Source: Trypanosoma brucei (Eukaryota). From it: DNA of 64,000 bases. This document shows positions 22,101 through 36,980 of this stretch, piece after piece. Position numbers and translations under genes: made by a program. The stretch lies in NCBI GenBank assembly GCA_000002445.1, contig CP000066.1, positions 1,589,226 to 1,653,225 of the forward strand, read 5' to 3'. Position 1 is the first letter of the stretch; every line of letters starts with the position of its first letter. Below the pieces are notes generated by a model. The model saw only the letters and a program-made list of their open reading frames with translations, was not told where the DNA came from and made no database searches.

Positions 22101-25100
22101 GATTCACAAGATGTCACACGCGGATCAGCATTTGTACACGCATAGGCATCAGCGCGAAAAATATTCTTCACTGATACTTGCCTGTAAACTGGCGGGTACG
22201 CAGCGCACAATTTCTCTTGCTTTTCGCCGCACTAAGAGTTGCGTGCTGGGACTGTGGTGAAATTTTCGGAACCGCCAGTTGGATCTGTTAGTTTATATCC
22301 GAGAGTTTGCGTTTTTCGGCAATATCCCTCTTGCGATGTATTGAGTCCGTCGTTTTGCGACCAGATATACTGTTGTTTCAATGATTATTCTGATACATCT
22401 TTTTGTTTTCTATTTGCGATGCCCCCTACTGTCACAATACTAGATAACATTCTGCTGCTTCAATGCGTATTGCATGTTCTGTGTGCATATTTTCGTGTCC
22501 CAATCCTCTCTGTTAGAGGGAGTTGGAAGCGGCGAGAATAAGACATCTTCGGTGATCTCAATGTTCTGTTTTTTACTTGGATCTGCATATGGGTGGTTGG
22601 AGGTTTGTATGTAGCGCTGCGTGATGGCCGTACTGCTACGGCAACGGTGTGTGTGTGTGCAGATGAAAGTGGCGGATAACCCCTTGCATAAGTACATGTG
22701 AGTAGGTGGATATTCATATTTGTGGTAGCAAAAAGGCGCGGCGCGTGCGGAGGGAGGGAAGACACAGAAAGGCATGGGGTCAATAAATCAAACAACTGCA
22801 GTGGGTGCGGGGCGAAAGGGCTATAAGAAAGAATGCTTAAAAACAACCAATAGCGACGGCGTGAACACTGCAGTGCTTGTACGCTTATGAAGGATGGCTT
22901 GCATTTATTCATTTTTTTTGCCACTGTAGAGCAGAGGACAAACTAATTCAAAAAGTAAGGAGACGGCGTCCACTTATCTGTGTCTGCTTCTTTTAAGTGA
23001 AGAAGCTATCATCGAAATGAGTCGAGCAATCGTACAATCTGCTGTTTTAATAGTGCGACCAGTTGTTATCACGGAGAAATACCCAACTTCTTCTATAAAT
23101 CCGAATGATGCGTGCTTCATCTCGACAAAAAGGTGCGGGTGAACTCTCAGAGAGGCAGTAGTAAATATCGTTTAGTTGTACTGTGACCAGACTTCCTTTG
23201 CCATCGGCCACATCCCTTTCGACCGCTGTAGTATTCGCACAACCCCAATTGGCTGCCCGAGCTTTGTAAAACTTCCACCATGCTCATTTACGATATGAAG
23301 ATGGGGCACGTTTGCTTTGCTCAAACTTCGTTTCCACACGAACACACGATGAAGGACTCCCATACCGAGCGGAAATTGGGGCCTTCGTGCGATGTTGAAT
23401 TGGTGTGGAAAGCTCCTGGCGGACGCTAACGTGAAGGCCAAATGTATCAAGAGTGATCCCCTCCAGCGTGCATAGAGTCAAGGTGAAGTGCGTAATATAG
23501 GAAATAGGGAAGCTACATAAATGCAGTTAACGTTATAACCCTCATTTTTGTTGGTAGAATACTTTTGATGTGACTCACATTTATGTTTTAACTGATGTGA
23601 TTACCCTACCGAATTGCATTTAATTCTGCAGACGCTTTGGACACCCTGAAACACATTATGGTCTGCTATTTCGGATTTATTAATCGCCATTATTTTCAGG
23701 AGCCAGTATTTATTCCCATTCCGCGTTACCTCATCACAAATGTACATCGTGGCACTACCCTTTACGCTTTTCTATCTTCGTATGTTCACCCTGTTAAAAA
23801 AAATTTTCTCATGGTGGGTTTGAACCACCCACTGTAATCGATTTGGGTGCCATTAATGAAGTGCGTGGTGCACCATGACTAACTGACCCTCTATCTCTGT
23901 TAGCATTTTGCGGTTTAGTTTGTATGATGTTGGGTGATAGCATGCACACTTTGGTAATACTGCTTCTCCCCCATATCTTCTTATCTTTCTTACGAACGGA
24001 AGAAAAGGATGGTTAGTATTACTATTTGGTTTGATGAAAACATGTTCTATCCATCGCTAGCCCCAACGTGTACTTAGCATTTGACGCGCATCTAAAATTG
24101 CACTTTAATGTGCCTGTGCCGTGGGTGCATATGCTCGGCGCCCTCCATGTTCGTTTTGTCAGTCACGTATATGCACGTTGCTGTGTGATTACTTTGTTCT
24201 TTTACTGCGATGTGGTATTCACAAATGGAAGAGGTATAGATGCTGTTTCGTCCGTTATCGACATTTTGATTTCATTGAAATGGGTCGTTAGTGTTTTAAT
24301 GACTGTTATGGTTGCTTTCCAACTCTGTATAATTGCCAAGAGAATCTGTCAGGCAGTGTTACATGGCCCAACTCAATGAATTTATGCCGTTCGTTGGATG
24401 ACCTGACGAACTCTCGCAGGCGCAGTGCATGGTGTTCCGATCATCACATGCTGCTTCCACTAGTTATTTTGTGGAAACTGCTTTGTGTAAGCCAACATGA
24501 AACAATACTAAGAGTTGTAGCTGTTGAAAAACGTTGGAGGTGTACTTGGACTTCATGCTGTCTTGACGTGATGGCCTGAAGTAGTTTCTCTGGGCACGCA
24601 AACTGTTTCTTTCAGCCAAATGGCATACGTGAAACATCCAAGGGGGAATATACCCAGGGTATGGATCTCTAATGTTGCTTTGCTCAACATGAGATTTACA
24701 TCACTTTATGTAAGCGAATAACAATGGGATAGGCATGCCTATAGGTTTTGTAAGTGTGTCTTTGTGTGTGTATTAAAGGTTAAATCTAATTGACCACAGT
24801 AATGGTCAATGCATTTAAATACTTTTTGACCAATGTTGCCTAGTTGACGAACACCCTATACCTTTGTGTGGGACACATTTATATTTTGTTTTTGTTTTTG
24901 TTAAACTTCCTTAATGCAAAAGTACGTGAAGAATTTTTAGAATCATAATGCTCTATCATTGTTTTCACTAGCATTCTCATCGTTATCATTGCTTACGCAT
25001 GTATCCTCACGAGTAAAGTGAAAGTTCACGAAAACAACGTCTTTAAATCTTATAGTGCCTCCTTTCTTTTAATCGGGCTACTCGGAGGGTGTGTTCTTAG

Positions 25101-28100
25101 AACATGAGTAAATCATGCAATCAACCTCAAGTAACTGAGAAGTGAAAATCATATGCGTCATACGCTTCTTGGTTTACTGTTCTTGGTTTCCTGCTGAGGA
25201 GTTGGGTTTATTAATGAATTTGCCGATGGAAAAAAATAAAAATAGGATCTTACTCTTTATCCTACTTTTTCTATTTTTTTTTTTTTAACGCACGAAGTAG
25301 GTTGATGATGTCGGTTAAAAATTCCTAGAGGACTTCATTCTGTGCACAGAGATGTGCAAGAGCTGTGTGATAGGATGTACGACATGGCTTCATCAGCTGC
25401 AGAAAATATGAACGTTTGGGATTTCTAAATATTCGGGGGAGCGGATGGAGTGTGGTGAACACATTTTGTGGGGCATTTGTATACGGGCTCTCTATTCTCA
25501 CCTGCATTGTGCACAGTGTTGCCCTGCATATATATTCCCTGAAAGGCAGCTGTATTGGTGTAGCGTAATGCGAAATGTGATCCCGTACCCTGATGACCTG
25601 GTTGGTGAGCACTTAAAGATGTTAAATTTTAATGAGGATAATCCAGCCACGGTAAAGCTGTAGCATTATAGAAACTTCTGAGATACAAGTTGCTATGTGT
25701 GGAAGCGAAGCGTTTCTTAAAAGATGCTGAGACTGAAATGACTGAAAGATCCTGCAACGGATGAAGCTGATGTTATCAGGCTTGATCATTGTGCGACCAG
25801 AGAAAGGTACAAACAGAGTGTAACGTGAAGGTTTATGACAGTTGTCGATGCTCTCAGGTCAGAAAACATCAGGTGCAAATTATCTCTTAGAAAAGAACAT
25901 GTTCTATACACAATAGCAACAGCAAAATCCACCACAGTATTCTGAATAGTACCCTAGGCATATGGAGGAAATCCAGGGGGGGGGGTGGTGATGCATAAGC
26001 TTGCGAATTATTTTCCCAATCCACATCTTCCCAAAAGATATAAAGGGTGAAAAACCGTGCGTGGCTAATCCCGGAGGAACGTGGGGGAAACATCAAGGTT
26101 GATTGAGCAAGTATGCTGCAATACATTAATATCTTCTGCCACAGACAACATAGAATTGATTGCATGTGTACCTTAACACCAAAGGCACATAGATTTCTTT
26201 GCACGTTGCTCATTAGCAGCTGTAATGACAGTTATGTGGATGGAACGGAAAGCCGTTGACAGCGTAAAACAGTGTGAAAGGGAAAGTTGTAAGGACCAGT
26301 TGAGCTAATACCAGAAGACCATTCGCGACTTTGCAAGTGGAAATGATGCATGGTATCAAATACGCGATGACCCCGTAGCACATATGGTAGAGAAAAATGT
26401 GGTTGAAGCGCGATTTCGTACACAAAAAAAAAGTGATGTGTTGCACCGAGTTTATCTGAATGACAGGCAGAAAAGAGTGGTTTGTAGCAACCGGAATAGA
26501 GAGACATAGTATGAAATTGTAAGGTAGCTGTGGCGACTCAAACGTCAACGAGCCTGTGGTCACGAATAACTGATCGCTTCTGCAGGTGCCACCGTACAAC
26601 TTCGCACTGTTCCACGACGGAGCTAAAACAACAACAACAACGAGACGCTTCTGGAAAATTTATCCATAAACAGGTCTCACTACAAAAGCGAATACAACTT
26701 ATTATGGAGGCAATAAAGGATACATTCTGAATGGGATACTTCTTCAAGGATATTCCTGATTTTAGGGTTTGGTGGCAACCACATGGAGGAGAGGATAGGA
26801 ACCCTGAGGTATTGCCTGTTATCGTGTTACTGTGGAAGGGATCCTGAAGACACATAATGGGCATGAGAAATGTTGCAAGCGCATGACTACCACATCCTTC
26901 ATTGGGCTACCAGCGTTAGTGAGCGACAAGCAAAAATCCGCTTCAAGCATATCACTTTGCGCTTATACCTCACACTGTCATATGCAAAATTGAGATGTGG
27001 TACTATGAGGCGAAAATAAAAGAGCAAGAGTCACAGCAAGGGTGCAAGGTAGAGCGTGTCGTATTCTGTCTGGAACTCTCAGCTGATTCATGGTATTTAC
27101 AATAACAAATCACTTAGTCACATGAAATCCGGGACACAACTGGTGGTGGCACCTAAACTACTGCCTAAGCGACTCTCCAAAATACTGTACATATAACAAT
27201 ATCAGTTGACCGTGCACAAATTAGAAGGGAGATGCATATGATACTGCTAAATGCCACTATGGACCACACGAGGAGGTGAACACAGAGAGGCAGAGAAGAA
27301 GAAAAAACAATAATATCTTTGCAGAATCATCAATTTGTACGATGTGCGGCATTGCGCCTAAAATTGCTTGTGGAATTACTTCAGATTATACTGTGGTGGC
27401 ACACACTAGTAAAATTGAGGTACGATTCCCCTCAAATCGATGCTACTGATAATCATGGAGAAGACGCGAATAAATGTAGAATTTGTGCATTTATATTGTG
27501 CGAAAGAGGGTAGGCCTCGTAATACATTGTGGACCAACACACTGATGTAAACCATTGCTTGTGCTCACAGCGCAACAAAGTCAAATGGGTATGTTGGTTC
27601 AATGCGAAGCACAGTATTATGGAACTAACGGAAAAATGTGTGCAGTTGCGCAGTAAAATAGAGGATCGGTGGTTTCACATTGAGGTCAGAAGAATTTCTA
27701 GCGATATAGCGGGAGTTGACACACGGCGGTACGCTGCTCCCAAGACCCGCTAACAACGTTAAAGGAATGTGCAAAATCAGTGAAAAGACAAGTAATGGAA
27801 TACGAAGATGCTGGAACAACGACATGTTCAACTCTCCCAGGAAATGAGAGGAATACAGTGTCGTGTTCACTACAACGCATACGCTGTAGCTTCTTAAAAG
27901 AATTGTTGGGAGAGTTATATTCCCGCGTAAGGGCCCGATGTTACGGAAAAAAAACTACCAAGAGCAGCACTGGTGGCGACGACAAGCACTTTCGGTTAGT
28001 CACAGAGGGATAAAGGAATATCGATTGTGACTCCAGTTATCTTTGATGAACGGAGCATACGGTGCTCTTCGTGTCGCTACAAATATGCATCGGAAAGCGG

Positions 28101-31100
28101 AAAGTCAGCCCAATTCAAGAAAACAGGCATTGCGGGCCTTTTCACAAAATGTCGAAACTCGACAACATCGTTCTGGAGGTTCACACTTATGTGTTGAGCC
28201 GGCGTTTTGTGTACCCAGGATGTGGCAGGGAGTGCCTTTCGGTAGAAAACATTTCCACGGGTAAGGGTGCTCCGCATGGAACACATGTGACCGAGGAAAG
28301 TGCCCACCCTGGTGAGTGGGAAGAGAATTCGTATAATAAGCTAATGTGCCAGACCTTGAAGAGTCTCCACTGTTACTGTTGGCTCAGGGCAAGCGACGTT
28401 AAAAGATTGTATTCAAAAGATAGCTTATTTTCTACTTGCGGTAGAGCAAATTCTCACCTGCACAAGGGTCTCCTTCGTGCGCGAAAAACGTAAACACTTG
28501 AAGACATGCAAGTGTATCACGTAGAGCCGCATTTTCGAGTTTGGTTCTTATAAAGGTACGTCGGATCACCTTCACTAAATTCCACCTGGCTCGCAACCGC
28601 GAAAGGTATCTGGGAATTTCCACAAACTCGGCAACGTGGTAGCGAATGTTGTATGATTGGATAGGTGTTCGCATTTACACCCCTGTTGTTAATGATTGTG
28701 TTCAGCGTATACGTGCAGCAATTTATTAATGGCATACCCTCTACAGTACACAGTTTAATAGAAGAAAAAACCCACTCATGGAGCACAATATTGGTAAGGA
28801 GTTTCGACCCCATCAGTTTACAATACCCGTAATAAAAATAGAATTATCAGAGTATAAAATTTACTGAGCGTCTTTCGCATACGAATTTTGGTGCGGGTGA
28901 AAAAAATAGGACTTGCGACGTATTTCTCACATGAATTTATCTTATGTAATTGGATGACTAAAGTGGAGGAAATAAAAATGTGGATGAAACCAGTTAGATT
29001 TATGGTGGAGGTGGCTTTGATGACGACGAGTGTTTCCTATTGCGGAGTGAATCGTAGTTAATTGATAGAAGTTTGAAATACTGTGTGGCCTTGTTGGTTT
29101 GGCAGAGCGAACAAATTCGTCGCCGGACGATATGAAAGACACAAACATATCCTCTCCAAAGGAAAAGTCATATAAGTAATGTTCGGGGCGACCGCTGATG
29201 ATGTGAGCAAGGTGGGTTCGGGAGGGGGGGGGGGCTCACCAAGAACTGGATTGCAAACGGGGCAGTGGAGTCCAGACTTTCGAAGCGGAAAGACACTTGT
29301 GAAACATCTTGTTTGCTTGTGTAAAGGAAAGAAGCAACATCGACTGCAGAGAAGCGGGGACATTTGTTGTGCGGGAAACAACGAGCAGCTATCTACCCAC
29401 CAGTTGGTATCACCAAAAAAATATGACAAGACGTCAGAGACTTACAAACTAGGTGTGAGGCAGGACATGGAAAAGGTTTACCAACGGAAGGTGAATGCCA
29501 CGAAGAGAAAAAACAATCCAAGACAGTATGAAAAAGCACAGTCTCAAAGGAACACACCCACTATACCTAGGGGGTATGAAGAGTATGGGCTGTGCGCTTG
29601 TAATGGATTCATAATGGATCACGACGGTATTTGCGTATTGCATCAAGAGGATCTGATAGGGACAATGCGAGTGGCATCAGGTGGCTTGGCAGTCTCGGAG
29701 ATCTAGTGAGAGGTTAAAACCATGGTTGAAGGAGTAAATAGCAACACAAATCCAAAAACCAAGGAAAATCTGCAAAACAATAAATCAAACGGATCAACAC
29801 CAAGTGAAAAATCAAAGAAGGAAATACCTGTCAAATCAGCCAGATCAAGTCCAAGTGGAAAATCAGGCACCCAACCAACTACCAGTACAGACACATCCGA
29901 CACTACTACAAGATCGCCAGAAAAGCTGGGGAGTTCCACAAAAGTTATTTCACAACCTTCAAGGACGCTTCTACTGCTACCCATGTAGGGCGGAGTAAAA
30001 TTCATATTCCTTTTTCATTTTTTGTGTTCCTGTCGAAAAACTAAAAACGGATTTTCACGAGAAAGCACAGAAAAACAAAATGGAAAGAGGGGGAACGCGA
30101 GTATGCGTGCATTCCACTCATTCGTGTTTCTGTTCAAAGCGACTAGTTAGGATGTCCGAAACAAATAAAGGAAAAAGAAGTGCGTCAAGGGAAGGCGTTG
30201 ACAAGGGAGTTTAAGGCCATTTGAGATCGAACAGGCAGGGACGTTGGGGCAGTTATTGTAAAATCCGAAACGTGAGGGGGTGAAATGAACTGAAGCACCC
30301 GAGCAAGTAGGGTATACTGCCAATACCCGGCTCATACTTTTGAACTGCGAGAGGGCGACACGTTGGATTGCTGTTTTGGGGTTTGTCCGGGGGGTTTGAG
30401 GAAAACAAAAAAATAGCTGTGGAGTGTGAGAGCCGCCAGGGCAGCACACAAATAACAACAGGCTGGAGCGGTGGAAGGGGCCACCGGCTGATAATGGCAC
30501 AACAAAGGTATTAACCGCGTCTGGGTCTGGTTATAATTGAAGGGAAAGGCGCTAACTATGCGCTCTCATTAAATTGGTGGGACAGTGGGGCGAAAAAAGG
30601 ACCAAAAGGTAAGAACAAATATAAGTTTTTGACGTTTGGAGCCTCGGGGACATTGAAAGATGAGGAATCATATGAAGCACCTGAGGGGTCATTAGATAAA
30701 CATGATGAGAGAGGTATTCACGCTCATCAGCGCGCAGAAATGAAGTTTAGCGGAAGGATGTTAAAGGTAAATGCCAGTGACAAAAGAGATCCTCATAGCT
30801 CTTTGAACTAGTGCTCTTCGTGGAAAAAATGATAAACGAAATGACAGTCGACGCATGCGTCTGTTTGCAGGCACTATAATTCCAAATTCGGTTACAATTA
30901 TATAAGCTGTGGACAGGGCATATGTTTCAGCAGAGTTTCGTTTCTGGAAACGTCTGCGTACGCTACATTAATTTTCTTTTAATCTCCACCAGGTTTTTAG
31001 GTGATATTTTTCTGCGACGCCATTAATTTCAACTGTTTATATCTCTTTAAGTGTCTCAAACTTTCTTAGAGCGGAGACTCCACACATCAAACCCACTATT

Positions 31101-32012
31101 CTTACAAAGATAATGAGCGAAGCAATAACACGAGGGGAAAATTTGAATGCGGTTTATCACAACTGGTTCCTGCCCTTAGTTGGTGAGGGTTGGATAAATA
31201 TGTCGGAAGAGGTTTCTTTCATGCAAGATAAGCATCTTATGCTAATTACTGCTACTAATCGCACGAGAATGACAAATGTTAACGAGTGACGACAAGAAAG
31301 TGTGCAGCTTTTTGGACGACACGTGAATGGAGAGCATGCGAAATGTAAAAGCGAAACAGGATGGAATGTGAACTGAAGGAAGGGGAAGTGAGCACCGCAC
31401 AAAGCACCAAAAGTTAACACAAGGTAGATCATGTTGTGAGAGAATTGGACGAGTCACGGTTTCAATATTTGGATATAGCGGTATTCGTTAGATGATTTAT
31501 TGTTGTCATTTCTATCACAGATTTTGTAACTTCCCTCTATCTTCTCTTCAATAAAGCTTCTGCACCTGATCTCTGTATCTTTTTTTTTTTTTTACAAAAT
31601 TCGTTATTCATTGGCGGGTGACATTGTTTTTTCCGTGTTTACTCTTAATGCATAATTGGGAAAATTATAGTTACTGTTTGTGTTGTTAAAGTTATTAAAT
31701 CTCGTGATTATCAAAGTTTTTCTTGATAATAGTTTGTACTTAAAGTCCAAAAGTACCTAATATAGTAAAATTTAAAGAAGTGACGAAAAAGGAGAACGTG
31801 GCAAACGCGGATGCTGAGTCTCAATTGATTTATACGAAGTGATTTGGAGATTAATGCTTGCCACAGTTAATCAAATTACCCCGGACAACCTAGGTGAACT
31901 CATCATGTATATGCATGTGTATCTTCCTATTTCGAAACTTCTCTCAAATTTTAAATTTTCCAAAGCGGAATCTTCTTTATTTTTGAGGAGTAAAAACTCA
32001 AGGAAAAGGGTA

Positions 32013-32924
32013 ATGTTCGAAGTGTCAGTGGCACTTTTGTTGACACTGAGATCGTGTATGGTGCCTGTTGAGTCAAAAAGTGCTTCTGTGACAGGATGGA
32101 GAACGGGAGTAACGTTTTCGTCTGAGAACAGCGGGTGCGATCAATTTTGGTCCCCCAAGGAGGGGAAGTTGGTATGCGGATCCCCAGTCGTAAACCAGGG
32201 CAATTCCGGCTCGAAGGCACCTTCCACCGGTCCGGCTTCAATGGGGAAAGCACAAAACACGATACGGGGTGACAGAGCAGCCAATATTATACATCAAAGA
32301 ACGCAGGAAAATCCAGCTCCGAGGTCAGGGGATTATAATCAATCGGGATCTGCCGCTTCGAGTGTCTTTCCAAAGGATGAACGACAAGCCGACAGTGTAA
32401 GTGGTGCTGTAAGTCAGGGTCACCACGAGAAGTCGTCTGAAGACTAATCAAATTTGAAACAGTCAGGAGCCACAGCTACCGGAGGCGAGGAAATGCCAGA
32501 AAGTAAACGAAAAAGCCTTGGGAGAAGCGACTATGCGATCCAGTCCAAGGGGTTGGCTGTGGCAGCACCAGGGGAAGCAAAGGGTGGTAAAGGTCATGTG
32601 CCGCAGCTGGCACCGCAGGGTGAGGTTTCGGGGCCCGAGCGAGTAAGTACCGTGGAAATGGAGTCTGTAAGGGGCCAGCAAACTGAAAACGAGGGAGAGG
32701 GTATTTCAGAAGGGCAAGTAACAGGGCACAACAAAAAGCACACAGCACGCGTGCAAGAAAGGAGTACAGCCTCTGGACCTGAGCGAAAAAATACACTGGA
32801 GGTGACGACAGGTAATATGGATGAGCAGGAGTCTGGAGAAAGCAGTGTGCAAGGGGAGAGAAGCACAGCGCGCAAAAAGCATGTAGTGATACTTTCCGCA
32901 GTATTAGGCCTCATCTGCTTCTGA
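32013..32924 (+). pseudogene. Paralogue of the 18249-19136 protein, interrupted by one in-frame TAA at 32448-32450. It has a signal peptide (MFEVSVALLLTLRSCM), a G/S/Q-rich body and a hydrophobic C-terminus (VVILSAVLGLICF).
   Basis: The six-frame ORFs 31839-32447 and 32454-32924 are in the same frame, separated by a single stop. A polypyrimidine tract plus AG lies at 31965-32008. The motif LLLTLR near the signal peptide is shared with the 18249 ORF. Confidence 0.4.
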
Positions 32925-35900
32925 AACTCATTGCCGCAAATCTGTGCATGAGCGTGAAAACGTTTAATAAGGCCAACGCCGTGCGAAGTGGACACAGATG
33001 AGAATCGGTAACTAACCCCCAACTGATTTCTGCAGAGAACGTGTGTGTGTAGTGCTGTAACGAGGTATGCTAAGGTGATCGAGCAGCTCCAATTTGGTAA
33101 TAACGAGCGTGCAAAAACTGAAGGGAGGGTTGGAAGAGAGGAAAAGTAATTTGATGTTATTGGCTGTACAAGGCGAATAGAGTCAACATGAAAGACAGCA
33201 CAGATGCAGAGCAATAAATAACAGTATCGAAAAATTGATTATACATGAAGAGACTTAGCTTCAACACTATTGGAGAAGCCGTGGTGGATTTTTTTTGCTT
33301 TTACAATTGGGACATTGAGAACCGGTTGACACGCAGGGGGAAACAGATAACAAAAGGGACTTCGCGGAGTCGGTGAGTTAAAATGTGGGAATATGACTAG
33401 GCATTTCCACGACCAAGTTTGAGGTGATATCGATAACATTAAAATACGTTTAAATAAAGCGAATTAACGGAACCGATAAAGAATTTAAACGACAGGTAAT
33501 CAGCGAGTAAGCTAATTTCACAAGGCAGATATACGTGAAGCACTTAAACTATGTGAGAGTATGCCACAAAAACGAGTGAATTGAACGAGGAAATTGATGA
33601 TTGAAAGCGACACCTCACAGATATTATGTTAATTGGCAAACGTAACTTATTTACAAGGGCATCCTTGCGTTTGTTTTCTTTTGATTGTTTTTGCACCTTT
33701 ATCGCCGCAACACGCTCAGTTAAACCAGAATCGCACATTGTAGAAGCTGTTAAAGCCCGCGTCCTTCTAAATTCAAAAAAATGAAGCTGCAATGAGGAAA
33801 CGCTGGTAACTGCACTGCAAAGCTTTTTTATTTTTAACTATGCGATATACATAATCACCCAGATGTGTGTTGGCATCACGGACCTGAAAACCGATGTTAT
33901 CCCCTCTGTTTTACTTCTGAAATACCAAGCTTTGAATTTTTTACCGTTTATCTTTTTCGTCATGTGCTGATGTAGTGTTGCCTAGCTTTGGTAATAAGGC
34001 GACTGTGAAGGGTAAATGTATTACTTGAAGCAAGTTCCTAATATCGGCAACTGGTGCTTCTGGTGAGGGTGAAGTGTGTTGTCATACATCGTGTGAAACC
34101 TTAATGCCGGATAGAAAAAGCGCAACAATGAGACTTGTCGAGGACGTTTAAATAAACTGTATAATTCGGGAGAATGCCATATCCACAGGATCCAGCTGAT
34201 GCAATGAGTCAGACCATGTCGAGTCTACAGTAACATGACGGAATTAGGGATGGAGCTGTTTGCTGTGCATGGCACTGGAGACGGTAAAGGCGGAGAGGCA
34301 CTGCAAAACGTGTTAGGTATAAACCAGGAGTATTTCCAATGGGGGTTGTTCACAAATGTTAAACGCGAATACGAACCGAAAATTTTCAGCGATGTGAAAG
34401 AAAATTGGAAAATGCCGAAGGGAGCAGTTGATGTAATTCAGATGCAGATGCTGAACGTGAGGGTCACGTGCGTGGAAGGTTGTGGTCCTCAACCTCCATT
34501 GCAGATGGTAGAAACAACAAACCTTCCGAAGCGGGCTAGCTCGCCTGGCAAGCTGACCGAAATATCTGTGCGGAGGTTTCTGCTGAGGATAGGGAATGTA
34601 CTTGCTTTGGCTTGGTGGCGGTCAGTTAACCAGATATTGTGGAATGCTGAAAGAAGACAAGTGAAATGGACACGGTAATGCATCCAGGCCTCGCCGTGTA
34701 GCCCATATTGAGCGCACCGGAACATGCCCGAGAGGTATATAAAACTGTGAGACGGAGACAAGTGGAACTACAGGCGGTATCATCACCGGGGTAAGGACAA
34801 GCAGAGAAGCATTAAGAGCATTCTGCTTGGGATTGGTGTTCGCACGGGTGTGCCGCACAGCAGGGACATGCTGGCTCTCAGTCCCCCCAAATGATAAAGA
34901 CACGACAAACATAGGAAGTCAGTAGTCAAGCATCGTGACAGGAGTGATGGTTGAATGAGAAAGGAGACACACGGTGAAGGAGGCGCAGCTGACCACATTT
35001 GGCAATGTTGCACACAAGCGCGCAATAAAATGCTATTTCACCCTCAGAGCCAAGGGCAGGATGTTCCGAGGGATAGCCGGTAGACCGAACTCCCCAATGC
35101 AACCTATGCGTAAACATTTTGATGTGTTGGGTTTGTAGCATGGACGGATGTAGCCACACGCTGAGAGCAAACAAATCATCGTTAGTGGTGCCAGGTGCCA
35201 ATCGTGGCAACAGTTTCCCCAACCATGGTTCTCTGAAAGCCAGTGGGCCCAAGAAGGGGGAAACGTGCGGTAAAAAGTGTTGCCATTTGGGACGCTGCGC
35301 GCCGTCACATCCGGACTGAGGGTCCCAACAAGAAAGATTTATCATGTTGATCTCTGCTGTTGACCAGCCGCCTTCAATACTTCTAGCCGTTCTGTCCAGC
35401 ATCACCCTTTTCTACTCAGGTTTCAACCATATCCATGGAAACTGCACTTCGCCGCTGCTCGACACGAATAGCATTGATACTGCGAACAGTACAAATTCTA
35501 CTATCTAACAAATACATTCATAAATATTTCCCCTGTTCTATAAAAAATCAAATAGATTTATGGGTGCAAACTCGCATGCTTTTCAACTGATAATTTCTTT
35601 ATCTGGAGTGTCCCTGTCTTGGTTATCTTAATTGTGAGTGGTAGTGACCGTGGTTGTCGCTCCATCATTTGTGTTGTAGGGTAGTGGGGTGCGTTAATTC
35701 TTTCTGCATGTGAAGTAAGGAAGAAATATTTGGTTTTGTGCTCACAAGAGTAGTTTTGTTGCCATTTATTTTTGGTTATGCAAAGTACTGGTGTGCAGTG
35801 AAGATAAATGAGAATTCATTGAAAGGATGAGCGGTTACGTATGTAACATCCGTTTTTTTCTACCAGCGTATCTCTAAGGATGGTGACTGGTGGGTGTGGC

Positions 35901-36980
35901 AAATGATCTAAATGGAGGTAATAACAGGGAGGGTCACTCGTTATTTTGGAACTGTTCTATTTTTTGGTGTGTTGGTGGCTAACATAATATCCCATCATGT
36001 CACCATATAATCAGGGGCTTCAGTAATGAGCATAATTGTTTGAGACGGTATTTTGAAAATACAACTTTTGTCTTTTCTAGTGTATGGCTTAAGAAAATGG
36101 AAGTCGATAGGTTGTAAATGCTCACGAATAGTGGGCTAAAGAGTATTGTTAATACGTGTTTGAGAAGAGGAGGATATGCTAAATGAGGCTCAGCAGCAGG
36201 ATTGTGTGCATTGGATAAGAGCAACACATGTGTGCAAATCAAGCGCGTAATGTGCTAACCAAAAAAGCCATAAAGTTACAGCTGAAGCCGATGGAACCGA
36301 GGGAGGATGTGGAAAAACACAACATGAATGTGCAAGTACTCAGTAAGAGGATGGACAAGCTTGTTGAGTAAATAAAGAAATTTCAAGGAAAAGCCAGTTG
36401 GAAGTGTAATAACCTTGTATGGTTATTAGTAAAGTGGAGTCATTGGATGCATAAATTAGGGAGAGTGAGGTAACCAGTGGGAAAACAGCTGTAAGGGAGC
36501 TTAATGTTTATGTCCAGCTTGAAAGAATACACTCATCTAACTGTATGTATTGGGATGTGCTTCCTGCTTTGTTGGATGCTGCTGTAATTGGTTTGTGTCA
36601 GGCACTTATTAATTTCGATACATTGATGTATATGTCTGTTGAATATGTCTGCTAATATCAGTAATGACTGTGATGATAAGTTTTTTTCCCTCTTTGACTA
36701 ATTAATGTATGGGAAAAATCACTAAGAGGCACGAAACAGTGTTTGTCATTGGATTGTTTTGCGACTTTTATCTCCTTCCTTTCAAGGTGATATGCGGTCG
36801 TTCGAATGGAGGACTGATATGGTTGAGTGGAGCTAAATTACGGACTACATCGATGACGACTACAAGTACCATAACGTCGGTGAACTCGGGACACTTTGCA
36901 AGATTTACAGAATTACGCAGGCAGAAGCTCCACAACCTTCCTTTGAGAATCGTGAGAAGGAAGGAGAGATTCTGAATAAG

